Shown: one piece after another, positions 24,401-37,400 of the stretch
Numbering within the stretch: the first letter of the stretch is position 1
Layout: every line of letters begins with the position of its first letter
Position numbers and translations under genes: made by a program
Notes under the pieces: generated by a model
Database searches by the model: none
Seen by the model: the letters and a program-made list of their open reading frames with translations, nothing else
Told to the model about the DNA's origin: nothing
Assembly (NCBI GenBank): GCA_965113315.1
Contig: OZ220369.1
DNA from: Podarcis vaucheri
Lineage: Eukaryota
DNA: 64,000 nucleotides
Reading direction: 5' to 3' (one strand)

Positions 24401-27400
24401 CTGAGTCTGTAACCTCCTCTACAGTTTCTCCGATAGACAGTACCAGGGTGGCATTGACGAAGGACACAATGATATAGGCATCAAATTCATCTAATTACAG
24501 AAAAAAAGAAGACAGGTGCCAATATTTAGAAGGTCAAGAAAGAGGTTTGTAGAACAACTATGGACAACAGAAACTCTTCACAAAGGCTACTACAGTTATT
24601 TCCATCATCACCATCACACACAAGTTCATGACAGGGGGCAGCATGGCCTTCAGACACTTGGACCATGGTAAAAGGAGAAGAACACTCAAGGCACAAGGAA
24701 GCTACAGCTGTGTGAGAAGTGTGGACCTTCTTTGAGAGCCTCCCCCCCCCCATTTATAATCATAATCACATCTGGGTCAGAGTAGAACTGGAGTAAAAGC
24801 AGTTACTTTCTCTCCTCCTAACCACAAGAAAATGATCAGACGTTTGTGCCTGCAGCCAACAGAACAGTTTGTTCTCATTTGCTCTCTCTAAATTACACAC
24901 ACGAACACAGCGTATCTGTAAAACAAAAATTGTGATGCAGATCAAAATAAATCCCACAGGTTAATAAAATACACCAACCCAGACAATGTAACTTAACTAA
25001 AACATGAGATGCAGCTAATTTAGTTCTTTTATAAAAAAAAGATGGAGTTGGCAGGAGGGATAACAAAAGAGTATTATGAAAAAAATGAACTAATGAAGCA
25101 GATGGAAGCTCAGAGAACAAATGGTTAGCAACCTCTCACAGCTTTTAGATCTTTCCACCAGAAGTTAATAGTAAGAAGCCACACACCTTCTTTCCACATT
25201 CCAGAAAGAAAAAAACCCAGAATGCCACTGAACTATTAAGCGCCAGATTGAGGAATCTGAGTCAGAGCAGGCTTTTGCAGAGCTAGAGAAACTTCTATGG
25301 CTTCACAGGTATAAATTGCATTGAACCATCAAAATGCAAGATTAGAAGCCACTAGAAAGAGATATGCCCATGGTGGCAAGATGCCCACCACTGGATCAAG
25401 ATGCTCTTCTCTTTGCATCTTCCCTCAATGGAGCCCTACAGGAGCTCCAGGTCAAGCAGTTGTCCTCCCTAGAGTTCAGGCTTCCACAATAGATGCTAAG
25501 TAGCAAGTCCGGTTTAGTTACCAGCAAAAAGACCAAGGGGATTTCTTGTTCAAGGGGCAGAAGGGAAAGAATTTGGCTGCAGTTTTATGGAAATGAATGG
25601 GGGCAAAAGGGAAGAATTAAACAGCAATACTGCCAAGGATGGAGATACCAGGGGGGCAACATGGATTCAAATGAAGAGAAAAGAAAAAAAAAGTGGGGCT
25701 GAAGAAGAGACTGTAATGTTAACTAACATAGTGTCCACTCAGCTTGGAAATGGGTACATGAACACTTTCCAGTTGTCTTCTATCCATAGAAACAAAATAG
25801 CTTATTCACAGGTTTTAAATATAGTGCCAGAGATTACACAGGATTTAGACAATGCATAGATATGTTAACATGAATTGTAATTGGCTGTAAGTCGCTTTGG
25901 GTTGCCTTGGGAAATATAAAGTGACCAACAAATTTAATAATAAACAAATAAATATGAAACATTTTAACAGACACTTCACTGTTTAGTTTCCTCACATTCA
26001 CTCTGCCAATGAAACCATTTAGAAATTACCACTATAGCAGAAAACATTTCCCCTGCTGGTGCAATCCCCAGTAGCGATGCAAATACCCCCCCAAAAGAAA
26101 GCCCTGCAGGGACACGGCCAATTAGGGTAGAGAATACTGTGCCAATGGCCCAATGGTCTGAATGGATACAAAGCTGCTTCCGTGTTCCTGTCACCTATGC
26201 TTGTGTAGCTGCATTCCACGTTAAGCACTCTCCAGCTTGGCCTTTTACAGAGGCAGCACACAAATCAGGATCTTAGGCTGTATATTTCTTTTCATCTGTA
26301 GACCACCAGCTTCAAAGAACTCCGATATGGAAAACAGCCATTCTAAAGAGTTAAATACCAACAGTGAACGGGCCCACCAAGCTCACAGCCAATCTTGTGG
26401 AGGCAGCAGGCAAAGGAACAAGCAACTGAGCAACTAATATAGGAGGGCTCTAATTAGTTCAGCTTCAATGTCAGAAACTAGATACAGTAAACTTGTAACT
26501 TACATATATTTAATTCGTGCAAATTCAGCTTTATGTGCTTGGCAAATAAATTAAAAGGGGGGCAACATGTTTTGACTATATGTGATTTTGACTTTCGGTG
26601 CTATCCCCAGAATGTAAACACACACACCCCGCATAAATTTCAGGCTTACTGTATAGCCTTCACCAAACTGGTGTCTATCCAGCTGTTTTGGGTTGCAGCT
26701 CCCATCAGCTGTGCTGGGGAAAGCTGATAGTTCAAAACAGATGAGAGGGCCCTAAGGCTGGCAAAAGCAAAGCCATTCACACTTTTACTTGCTGACCTGA
26801 GTGGAACTCACTCCCACCTCAGTGCATAAGTCCATGACATGTGCTCCACTCTGTCACAATAAAACCTAAAACCGCCACCCAAGTCCTCCACAGACTCCTA
26901 ACACAGTTCCAGATCGAGACACTCAGGTGTTCAGATTCACCCACGTCATAAGCTGGATTTGACTGTAATGGATGCACAGGGTTCAGCAACACAAGCAGCA
27001 AGGCTTCCTTATTCACAAAGCACCCCCACTGTCCTCAGTCTGCTGGCACCCAACAGCTGCCAGAACTAGCTTTTGGGGGCGGGGGCACTCCTGGACAACT
27101 ATCAGGGTTCCCATGAAGCTTCATCCCTCATGTGCTTCCCCCACTCTTTTTATCTACACAATTCAATTTACCCCTTTTAAACACAAGAAACAAATCAATT
27201 ATATGGAAAATCATAGTGTCCGAATAGTCAGAAGTTCATCATGGACTAGATTGTTAACAGTATCATTAGCACTGGGAGTTTATTCACATACATTATTTTT
27301 TGTTGAGATTCCTTTCTTGTTGTTGCAGAAGTAACGTGTTAGATCTAATAAAGTGCATACATGGCTTTCCTAGCCCAAACTGTCTTGGAAAAATTCAATG

Positions 27401-30400
27401 AAACTTATGCCCAGTGTCTGGATGCTCCATAAAAGACAGCATCAGCAAAGTTTTGAGTGAGGGAGGGAGTGATCACAGCAGCACTTGAAGATCACTGTTT
27501 AAAAGTTGCAGATATGCCCGTGATCTCATGCCTCTTTGCAAGCAGATTTTAACTGCTGCATAAGCTATGCTGTATTTAAATTGTTGTGTAAGTCATTTTG
27601 TGAGCAGCAGTGAAATGGTAACACCACACCAACTTCCTGTGAAAGGCAGGGGAAAGAAGTCAAGCCAGAGAGGAATCAAGAAAGGCAAGCAGCACCTTGT
27701 TTTCTCCTTCTCAGCACAGAGCAAGGTGAGGCCAACAGGGTGAGTGAGCAGAGACAAGGTCCATCATATGTCAACAGCGCATCAGAGACAGCTGCCTGTA
27801 TTGTTCATTTTGTAGCCAGAGTGGGAACTCCGGTAAGGAACCATAGTTACTAAACCCAGAACTCTGAGGTGTAGAAGGATATGGTATAATGAATATCTAG
27901 ACTTTAACATCTCTAAACATGAACTGGGTCTCCCCCCCCCCATTAACATACTGGAATGCCCAGGACCAGTGGACAAGAACAGATGGCAGTTCCTTACAGT
28001 TACAGGCATGTGAAGCTTAACTTTATCTTGCGAAAGGCCCCAAGGATGTGGAAAGCAATTGGACAGTAAAAGCCAGTTCTTATCCCAGGAGCTCAGGAGA
28101 GGGCTGAGGACTCAGGTGGTACTTGAATACTGACTTCTTACATAGTTTGTTGACAGAGGTGTTTGCAAGAAAAGTAATTTAAAAAGAGCCTCAAAGTTGT
28201 GCCTCTTCCTCCCCCCCTCCAGTTACAGCCCTTGGCTGTAGGTACACACCTGTGGGAGGGGATCAGCACCTCCACCACCAGCCACCTGTGGAAGAAAAAA
28301 GAAGGCTTGGTATTGGTAGTAGCAGGGACCACATACCAGCCAAGGTTAGTTTTTGCTTGGAAGGGGTTCATATGGTACACATGTAACATGAGAGAACGCA
28401 GAACTTCAGAAGCACAAGCCAGACACAGGCAGGATTACCACATTATGACCAAGTCAGTTTTGTACTACTGGCCTGGTTTGCACACAAAGTGAAGTCATTG
28501 TTTGTTTGACCATGTATATGGCACAAGTTGTACCACAGATAATAAAACAAACCATGGCTTTCTTTTCCGAAGTTTGGTTTCTTTTCAAGCTGATCTTGCC
28601 ACATGTCTTTGTAGCTTGGTAGCTTTGTAGCTTAGTAAGGAGGTGGTGAGATGGCCAAAGAAATAGTGATTGAGGAAATGTGGTGGATTCATACATAATA
28701 GCAAGCCGTAATTAAAAGCTAAACAAGGTTCCAAAGCCAACAAGAACCCACGGCTTCAAATTGTGGTTTGTTGGCAGTAAACAAACCATAGTTAAGCCAC
28801 TGGGCAGGGTACAACCCAACCATGGTTTAAGAAACCATGGCTTAGCATTTTTTAGACACCAAGCCATCGCATTAACACATTACATGGTGAAAACTGGCAC
28901 ACACCTGGTTAGAGGAAGCCATTAGTAAATACTAAGTGTATCAAACAACCTTGTGCATGATGCAAAACTGAACCAGTAAAGCTCTCCTCCTGACCAATGT
29001 ATTCTACTCAATCACACTGTAACGTGAGAGCTGGGACTCACTTGGGTCACCCAAACATTTATGAGGCACTGAAGTCCACATATAATAAATTTATTTTCAC
29101 ACATGGAACAAGTTGGATGGCCATCTGTCATGGATGCTTTAGCTGAGATTCCTACATTGCAGGGGGTTAGACTAGATGGCCCTTGGGTCCCTTCCAACTC
29201 TAAGATTCTAAACTCCACTCCATGAAAAACCAGCTGCTGTCTGGGAAAAGTCTCACAGGGGCATTTTTTTTCCTGACCACCAGCCATGTGAATGACAAGC
29301 AACCCTTGCAGGTCAGGAAAGCATTTTCAGAGCAAATCTTGAACTGCTGAAAATACAGAAAGGCTGATCAAAACAGGTCCTGGCTTTCCAAAGTTCTGTG
29401 CTAGCTAGACAGCTGAGAACAGCACGGATGTCCTGTCTGAAGACCATACACACTTTTGACTCCATCACAGAGGACAGATTAATATATGAATAAAAACAAC
29501 CACACACACACACACACAAATGAGGAGCAAGGGCCTTCAGCAAATGGCAAATGCAAGTCAGGGGGGGTACCGGGTTACTTCTCAGACATGCCTTCAGGGA
29601 AGGGCATTACAACTTCCCCTAATTCCAAAAAAGCACAATACTCTTTCATGATTAAGCAAATGACGTAGTATGAAGAGTCATAATTGTGCTGTCCATGGAG
29701 CTTTTGAGCGAAACAATCATGTTACCACCATAAGCCTAGGATTGTGCATTAAGGCCTCTTCTTCTTCCACAGACAGGTCAGGTTCTATTGCAATAATACA
29801 CCCCAAGACAGAATGTCCCAGGACAGCCGCCCAGGTTCATTGCCCCAGCAGAGATTCCAGGAACACACAGAAGGTGTAGTAGCACATAAGATACCAAAGG
29901 CTGTATGGCAAAGACAATTCCAGTGAAAGGCAGGGGTGGGGGCTAAAGGAACACCATGAGTGGTAATGATCATGATAATATAGTACGAGACACCAAGAAA
30001 GGCCACAACAGTGAGCTTCAAAGACAACACTGCCAAGAGAGCACTGAACAGAATGCACTACATCCATAGCAAGAGGGGCAACAGCACTGTCAGCGCTCCT
30101 GTTCTCAGCAGGGAGGGGCTCCTAAAAACCTACAAACAGGCAGACTTTCTCTCCGAGTTGGTATGTGCAATTTTCACACAACATTTGTGCTTACTCCAGT
30201 TTAAGAATGAAAGTCATAATCCTGAGGCGGGTAGATGCTCTCCAGGCAAAGACAGCTGAACCAAGAAAGGTGACTTGTAGATGAACAATGAAATTCAATG
30301 TGCCATTTACTGCTGCATTTGCATCACAGAAGACTTCCTACCTTCAACATGCCTCCTCACTGTCCATACAGCATTGGGGTTACCAGGCAACTCTGAGACG

Positions 30401-33400
30401 GCCATTTCAGATACCTAGAGAAAGACGTATTTTATTAATGCTAAAAAGCTTAAAACAGAGCTTTTATCCACCAAATAAAAATGACCTAATTATTACTATT
30501 ACACAGGAGAAAACAAAAGAATTATTCTGTCCTTCAACCACTATAAAAATGCTTTACACTGAACCCAACCACTGGAAAATCTAGCTCAGTATATTTCTCC
30601 AAAATCCTTTTTAAGCAGGAGATTCCAGTGATTGAACCTAATACCTTCTTCACCCAATGCACATGCTATTTATGACTTCTTATCACATTCTCACACAGTG
30701 CAGCAAAGGTGATTCACCTACTTGGCTCTAAAATCCAAACAAACTGTGAGATCAGTTAGGCTGACATTCTAGCTCAGGCAGAGGCAAACTTGGCCCTCCA
30801 GATGTTTTGGGATTACAACTCCCATCATCCCTAGCTAACAGGACCAGCGGTCAGGGATGATGGGAACTGTAGTCTCAAAACATCTGGAGGGCCAAGTTTG
30901 CCTATGCCTGTTCTAGCTCTATTCAGGCATTACAATTTTCAATCCAAGCACACGGATCAGCTTTCCCCGTACATGAAACGGCCTTGCACATTATTATTAA
31001 CATTTATATACCGCTCTATACCCACAGGTCTCAGGGCCCTCCATGTTCAGTAACATTGCTTTACCAGGGCTGACAATTGCAAGGAGGCTTACAACTACCC
31101 TTGAAACCTTCCCACTCAATGTAGGGTCAGCATGTTAGGAGTTGACAGGAGACAGGGATGGTGAGCATGGCCCCACACACTCCTCACATTCTGATTTTTG
31201 TTTAGGCATAATGCAGTGCCTAGCCCCGTGTGAGCCCATGAGATTCACAGCTGAGTGTTCCCAGCCCTCACCTGAACCACTCCACCACACTGGCTCTCCA
31301 TCCTCCATCTTGACTACATTCAGACTGCATCAGCTTTCCATGGTTTCAAAAAGAGGCCTATCCCAGCCCTGCCATCCAAATCCTTTAACAGGAGACACTA
31401 GGGGCTGAACCCAGGAACTTTTGCAGAGCATGCAGTCGATCAGGACATATCCAGGGCAGCCCTACACCACCCATCACAAGGTCCCTCAGCTTCAGAATAC
31501 ACCAGTGAATCCATTCCCATCTAACAAAAAAGGTTTCACCTAAGAGGAAGATCCAGAATGGCTTTGCTCTTCATGTCCTGCCCTTCTTACCTCAAGTCCA
31601 TGTCTAAGGACCCTCAGTGACGACCGAGGCCCCCTCCCACAGGCCACATATAACTGAGGGGTGTCTTCATTAGCCAGATCAGCTATCTGCACAGAAAGCA
31701 GCCAAGATGCAGGGAAAAGAGAGGAAAAGTGACAGGTTGTTCAGTTATCACTTTCAAAGCATCATAAATAGAGCTACAACATTTTATTCCTATTTGCATA
31801 TGTGATTGTGGCAAAGGTTCCCACATTTGCCACTTGATAAACTGGTAATCTGCGTTAATAACTAATGGCAAATGACATCAAGTGGGGAAGATATTCCCCT
31901 GAATTAGTCTCACGGTTGGAGCAAACCTTTATGGAAGAGCTCATCTTCCAACCTTTTACTCCATGTTTTTCAGATTTCAACTTTTCAGATTTCCCTTCAA
32001 AATTATAGTTAGGCTTTTTTAATATATATATTCATTAAATTTTCAACAAAAATAACAAACAACAACACAATAACAACCACAAAGAAAATATATAAACAAT
32101 ATCAAATCCATAAATTGGGATTCTCTGAACCCATGACTCTCCCACCCCGTTCCTTTAGTTTTCTTTTCAGCTGCATTATCATTTCTACTCCAAATTATTA
32201 TTATTTACCTCAGATTTCCTGTACTATTTCTTTAATTTCAAATATTTTTAAAATCCTGCCAATGTATTAACCTGTTTACAATACTTTTGCAAATACATAA
32301 TAAACATTTCCCATTCTTTTTTAAATTTCTTGTTGTCTTGATTTCTGAGCTTCCCAGTTAGTTTTACATTTCAGCATAGTCCATTAACTTTGGTTAATTT
32401 TTTGAAAGGCTTGCAGTTTTGTGAGGTATTTTAAAGTATTAATTTACATTTTGGTGTTTTGTATAAAATTACCTTTTTATAAATCAGGTGCCGCAAGTGG
32501 CTCCCCCAAAGGGTTTTTGTTTCCACTCAAGACCTCCAATATTTTAGGCCTTTTTTAAAAAAAACCTACTGCTTCCATAGACCCCCCACTGTCATGCAGG
32601 ATTGGCAAAAAAAATGTGGCCTTCAAGCCATCCCTCTCCCAAATTTCACCTTTAAAAAAAAATTAAAATTCTGACTGCTCCCACTGGGAGTGGGCTCTCT
32701 CCTGACAAAATTCCCTCCCTTCAGATAGTCACTTGTGTAAAAATGCTGCAAAATGACCTACAGCTGGCACAATTTAAGAAAATATTATGCTAGCCCACTT
32801 TGCAAACTATTGGGGCGCATAAAGTGTTAAGTCCTGGGCCCCTAACAAATCCTGTGCAAAATTAAAAGTGGCAAAATTCAGAAGAGTGCAGTGCACTGGA
32901 TACAACTCCCACCAAGTCAGACACTCTCTCATAAGGGTATCACCTCCTAACTTACAACCCAAAGTAGCAGCTGTGAAAATAAATGGTGGGAAGAGGAGGG
33001 ACAGGCATGTTGCGCTAAGCAACTCTGAGGAAAAGTGAAATACAAACATGACAAAGAACTAACTCACCTGCTTTGCGTTTCTGATCTAAAGGAGTTTTGG
33101 AGACTTATACCATTTTTGGAATTATTCTCAAGGTCTAGTGGGCTATGCAATGTCCAGCATCAGAGGTCAGCACAGAACCCAGCAGCTTGTCACAAGCTAT
33201 GGGACAAAGCACACAGCGTACCTGACAACACAAGATGGGAGACAGGCTGTCCAGTTCATCCACCAGCACCAAGTTCTTGAGAGGCCGAGGCTGGAAAAAG
33301 AATGTGTCTCCTTCCTCCAACGGCATGGCAGAGGAGAACTCTGGCTCCTCATCATCATCCCCCAGATGAGCAATCTGATAGAGGTAGCTGCAAAGAGAAG

Positions 33401-34379
33401 AAGGCCACTTCTGATGAAACTGGACCGTTTCCTCCCCACCCCAAGCTTTGCTTTTTCAATTATGTCCAAGATGTAGGGCTGCTTGCTGAAGAAAACACTT
33501 TGAGGACAAAGGAGAGTAGCTGCGGGGCCAAGTTTAAGACACATCTTCACTTCCTTATTTGTCTATCTCAGGAGTTGTCAACCTGGTCCCTGCCGCCCAC
33601 TAGTGGGCGTTTCAGGATTCTAGGTGGGCAATAGGGGGTTCTACGGCACAAACTGAATCCTCCCTCCATCAAGCACTGGTGGGCGGTGAGGAAATTTTAC
33701 CATCAAGAAAGATGCATTAGTGGGCGGTAGGTATAAAAAAGTTGACTACCCCTGGTCTATCTGTAGAAAGGGCAAACAATACAATATGCTCTCTGCCCCA
33801 GATCCTTTCTCTCTTTCTGTGAATAAAATATCACACCATGAGCTATATGTGTATAGACGTGTTTGGGCCTCACTGGCTAAACAAATCCAAAATTTTATCG
33901 CAACATAATAACCCACAACATCCATGCTTGCTGTAAGATTCTGAAAGCAGGACATTGACACACTCCTTGATGAAATTAGCAAGATGAAACCAACCAGGCA
34001 GGCCATACCTGTGGTTGGTCGCAAGGGTCTGAGATTCGGCCACAACTTGAACAATTTCCAGATTTAGAGAAGGAAAGGCAGTCAGAACTGCATGCGTGCT
34101 TTGCAGAACATCAACAGCAGTACCAAGCATAAAAATTCAGCAACCCTTCAGAAAGAAGTCAGAGATTTCACTTACTGGTTTCCAAACTCAGAAGCCACAA
34201 AAAGGAACCCAGTTTTCAGAACACACATGGCAGCAGCAACAGGAACTGTATCAAAGTACTTGAGTCGAATTTCTGTTACCTGAAACCACCACAAATGAGT
34301 TACTGCTTGAGCTGGATGTGAAAGTTCACACATCACCCATTCTCCCTCCATCCCTCCCCCTCACACACAAGCAAACATT

Positions 34380-34426
<47 letters not shown>

Positions 34427-37400
34427 TACACACACACAAACAAGCAAACATTCATGAACACAGCGGGAGACGTACCATGTCCTCATCAGTCTCCAAGGTG
34501 ATTTTGAAGATGTCACCCTGCTCAGTCTGAGCCAAGAAGAAGAACATGGACTTGGTCTTGTGTGTAGCAGAGCAGACAAAAATCATGCCTCTTTCAGGGT
34601 CATCCAAGTCATTCTGCCAGAAAGAACAGCAAGTCAGACTCAAAGGCAGAAGCTGCCCTAATGGAATCATAGCTAGAAATCACCTTTGTTAATGGCTTCC
34701 CCCCTACTGCAAATATCACCCCTCTTTATAGCAGCTTTCCCTCACTGCTTCCTTCTATTCTGGGGAAGTTCTTCTCTTGCTAATCCTCCTTCCTGGGCCC
34801 TTCTGGGATGCTGCTCCCGACCCCTCCATCAAGCCACTTCCCTCGCTTCTTTTGCTGGCCTTGCAGGAGCTATAAAACTCACGATCCCTGGGTCCAGCTC
34901 TCCCTCCCCCCCACCCTCACATATCAATTTCCAACATGATCTATTTATTAAATTAATTATATCTCCCAACTCTTGTCAAAGCACCTCAAGAGACCTTACA
35001 AGTAAACATTAAAACATAAAATTAAACTACCAACAAAAAGAACAGACAAAGCAATGGTTTGCAGTGGAACAAAAACATGAACCTTAAAACTGCAGCTCAA
35101 GGGTCTCAAACACCCTCTGAAAGAGGACCATTTTTAGTTGCTGCCTGAAGGCTAAAGCAACAAAGGAGACTGTACCCCAACTCCACCAGACGGGAGGTAC
35201 AGCCCTCTCTCAGTAACGTCTCTGACTGTCTAATACAGATTTGCAATTTAAAAACCTCTAGACAGTGTCTTCTGTGTCCTGCACAGCACCAAGTACGTAA
35301 TCACCAACAATGCTTGATCAGAAAGAAATGCCATCTCCATAATAAGCATCAGAGAAGAGACATCAACTCATCACATCAAGCCACAACAGCATTTTCACTT
35401 TCAGTTTACAATTAGCAGTACTTCCATACTTAAGTAATAATTTCTATCATAATAGTTTCAGCTACTAGGAAATTAATCTTTTTGTGGCTGGTCCTATAAT
35501 GAGCCACTCTACACCCGGGTTCGCGTCTCTGCTCCTCCACATGCAGCTGCTGGGTGACCTTGGGCCAGTCACACTTCTCTGAAGTCTCTCAGCCCCACTC
35601 ACCTCACAGAGAGTGTGTTGTGGGGGAGGAAGGGAAAGGAGAATGTTAGCCGCTTTGAGACTCCTTAAAGGGAGTGAAAGGCGGGATATCAAATCCAAAC
35701 TCTTCTACTCTTCTTCTTCACATAGCTCAGGCTGAAGACTAGGCACTCCTACCCCCAAATGACCTGCCTCCATCACCAGCTGCTACTACTGCTAGCCATC
35801 CAACTGGGTCCTTCCTCCCATAAAGCAAGGATAACCGAAATGCTCTCCTTGGTGCCTTTCTCACACCTTGCTCTGAATAAGGCACAGTGGGCAAGATCAC
35901 CCTGCAAAGTGCATGCGTTGCTGCCATTTTGCTGTGATGAAAGTAAATACTGTTTAAGAGTATTTTCCACAGTTATGACAAAGTGGTGATGGAGTATGAA
36001 CTTTCTAGAGCAACCTCATCCACAATTATTGCAAAGTCTACCAGTACAGCTGCTGGAGGTGGCAATGGTGGCCTGCCTGCCTGCCTGGCTCAGGCAACAC
36101 AGTCCCTTGTGGACTCTTCAGATATATTGTTACATAGATTCAAATTCCTAATGGTCTCTAAAAGTCTTAGCAAGATAATGAGCATTGAGAGAATTTTGCA
36201 ACCTTTTGCTGCCAGCTCTTACTAGCTGATATGGAAAAGGAGTTAACAAGTAAGGTGTGGCATGGGAAGACCCACTCCCCACTCCATGGAAGCCCAAGTT
36301 CACTAAGAACCTCAATGAAGTCTACATAGCTTTGTTAATAATGCATTCATCTTCATACAAATGCTGCGTTTTCTGGCCAAACCTGAAAGGTGAACCTTTT
36401 TTTCAGCTGCCCAGAGAATGCTACTCCTTTAGGGTGAAAAAAGCTACAAGATCCTTACCCTTCTTCTGGGAATGGGACATCGGATATCTGGTTGGTCACC
36501 AAAGTTTTTGTAGGTGATGTAGTTTTCAGAACAAATCAGCACTCCACTGGGACCATCAGAACCTCCAGGGACTGACAAATAAAAGAAACATGTTGTAAGA
36601 AGCTGAAGAAGAGCAGCTGCAGCTATAGTTTCGTCTGGTTCTTGCGGAACTGATTTACCCAAGGTACACTTTAGAAAAAACTGCACGTTTGCCACCATTT
36701 TCAGGCTGAAGAGAAGTCTGTGTTCAAGCAGAGGAAGTGAAAGCAAGAAGGGACTTGCAAATATCCAGTGTTTCTTTCAACAGCATAACCCAACTGGGTG
36801 ACAAGCCAGCTCTCCTACTCTGGCTGCCCCTCTGCCAATCCTGCCCTGTCCAGTATTGGCCTGGCTCCCAGACTACTTGGTAGTAATGTATTCGTGTTTG
36901 AATGTCTGCTGCAATAAGACAATGTCAAGGTTTGAGCTAAGGTGCAGACAATCACCATGGTAGCAAAGAAAAGCACAGGAGTGAGACGGTTACATATGGT
37001 GAGCTTTCATGAATCTGATGGTTTCTGAGGTCTCCACTTTTTAACCTGCTTTAGGTTTCCAATGTAGAGCATAGAGTGGAAATACTTGTTGCACTTTTGT
37101 AAAGCATGGCACAAAAGCAACTATCAAGGATATGTACTTTTCATTCATCAAGTATGGCTTGAGCCTACAGAAAATGTGCATTTGTCTCAAGCAGTTCTCT
37201 TTCTGACATCTTAGGATAATGCCTTTTCCCTAAAAGGACTGGAAATGGTAGCAGTACCTGTAATGAGGAAGTTGCCATGTTCTTCCAAGGGTTCACTGTA
37301 TTTCCTGACAACATGGTTCAAACCCAGATCTAACTCATAAAATGTCAAGGTTTGCTGGGTGTTGGCTGCCGCTTCTCCTGTGGGGTCATTGTCAGCTTCC

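Noticed and set aside
27190-27250. Additional C/D snoRNA in SF3B3 intron 11 (ATGATGA...CTGA on minus strand)
   Set aside because: Only ~4 nt separate the C-like box and CTGA; no terminal stem, distal D box or recognisable guide.
28440-28900. Recurrent aaaccatgg / ccatggttt semi-palindromes (also ~58375-58560)
   Set aside because: Probably a decayed MITE, but I could not define TIRs or a TSD, so it is not called as a feature.
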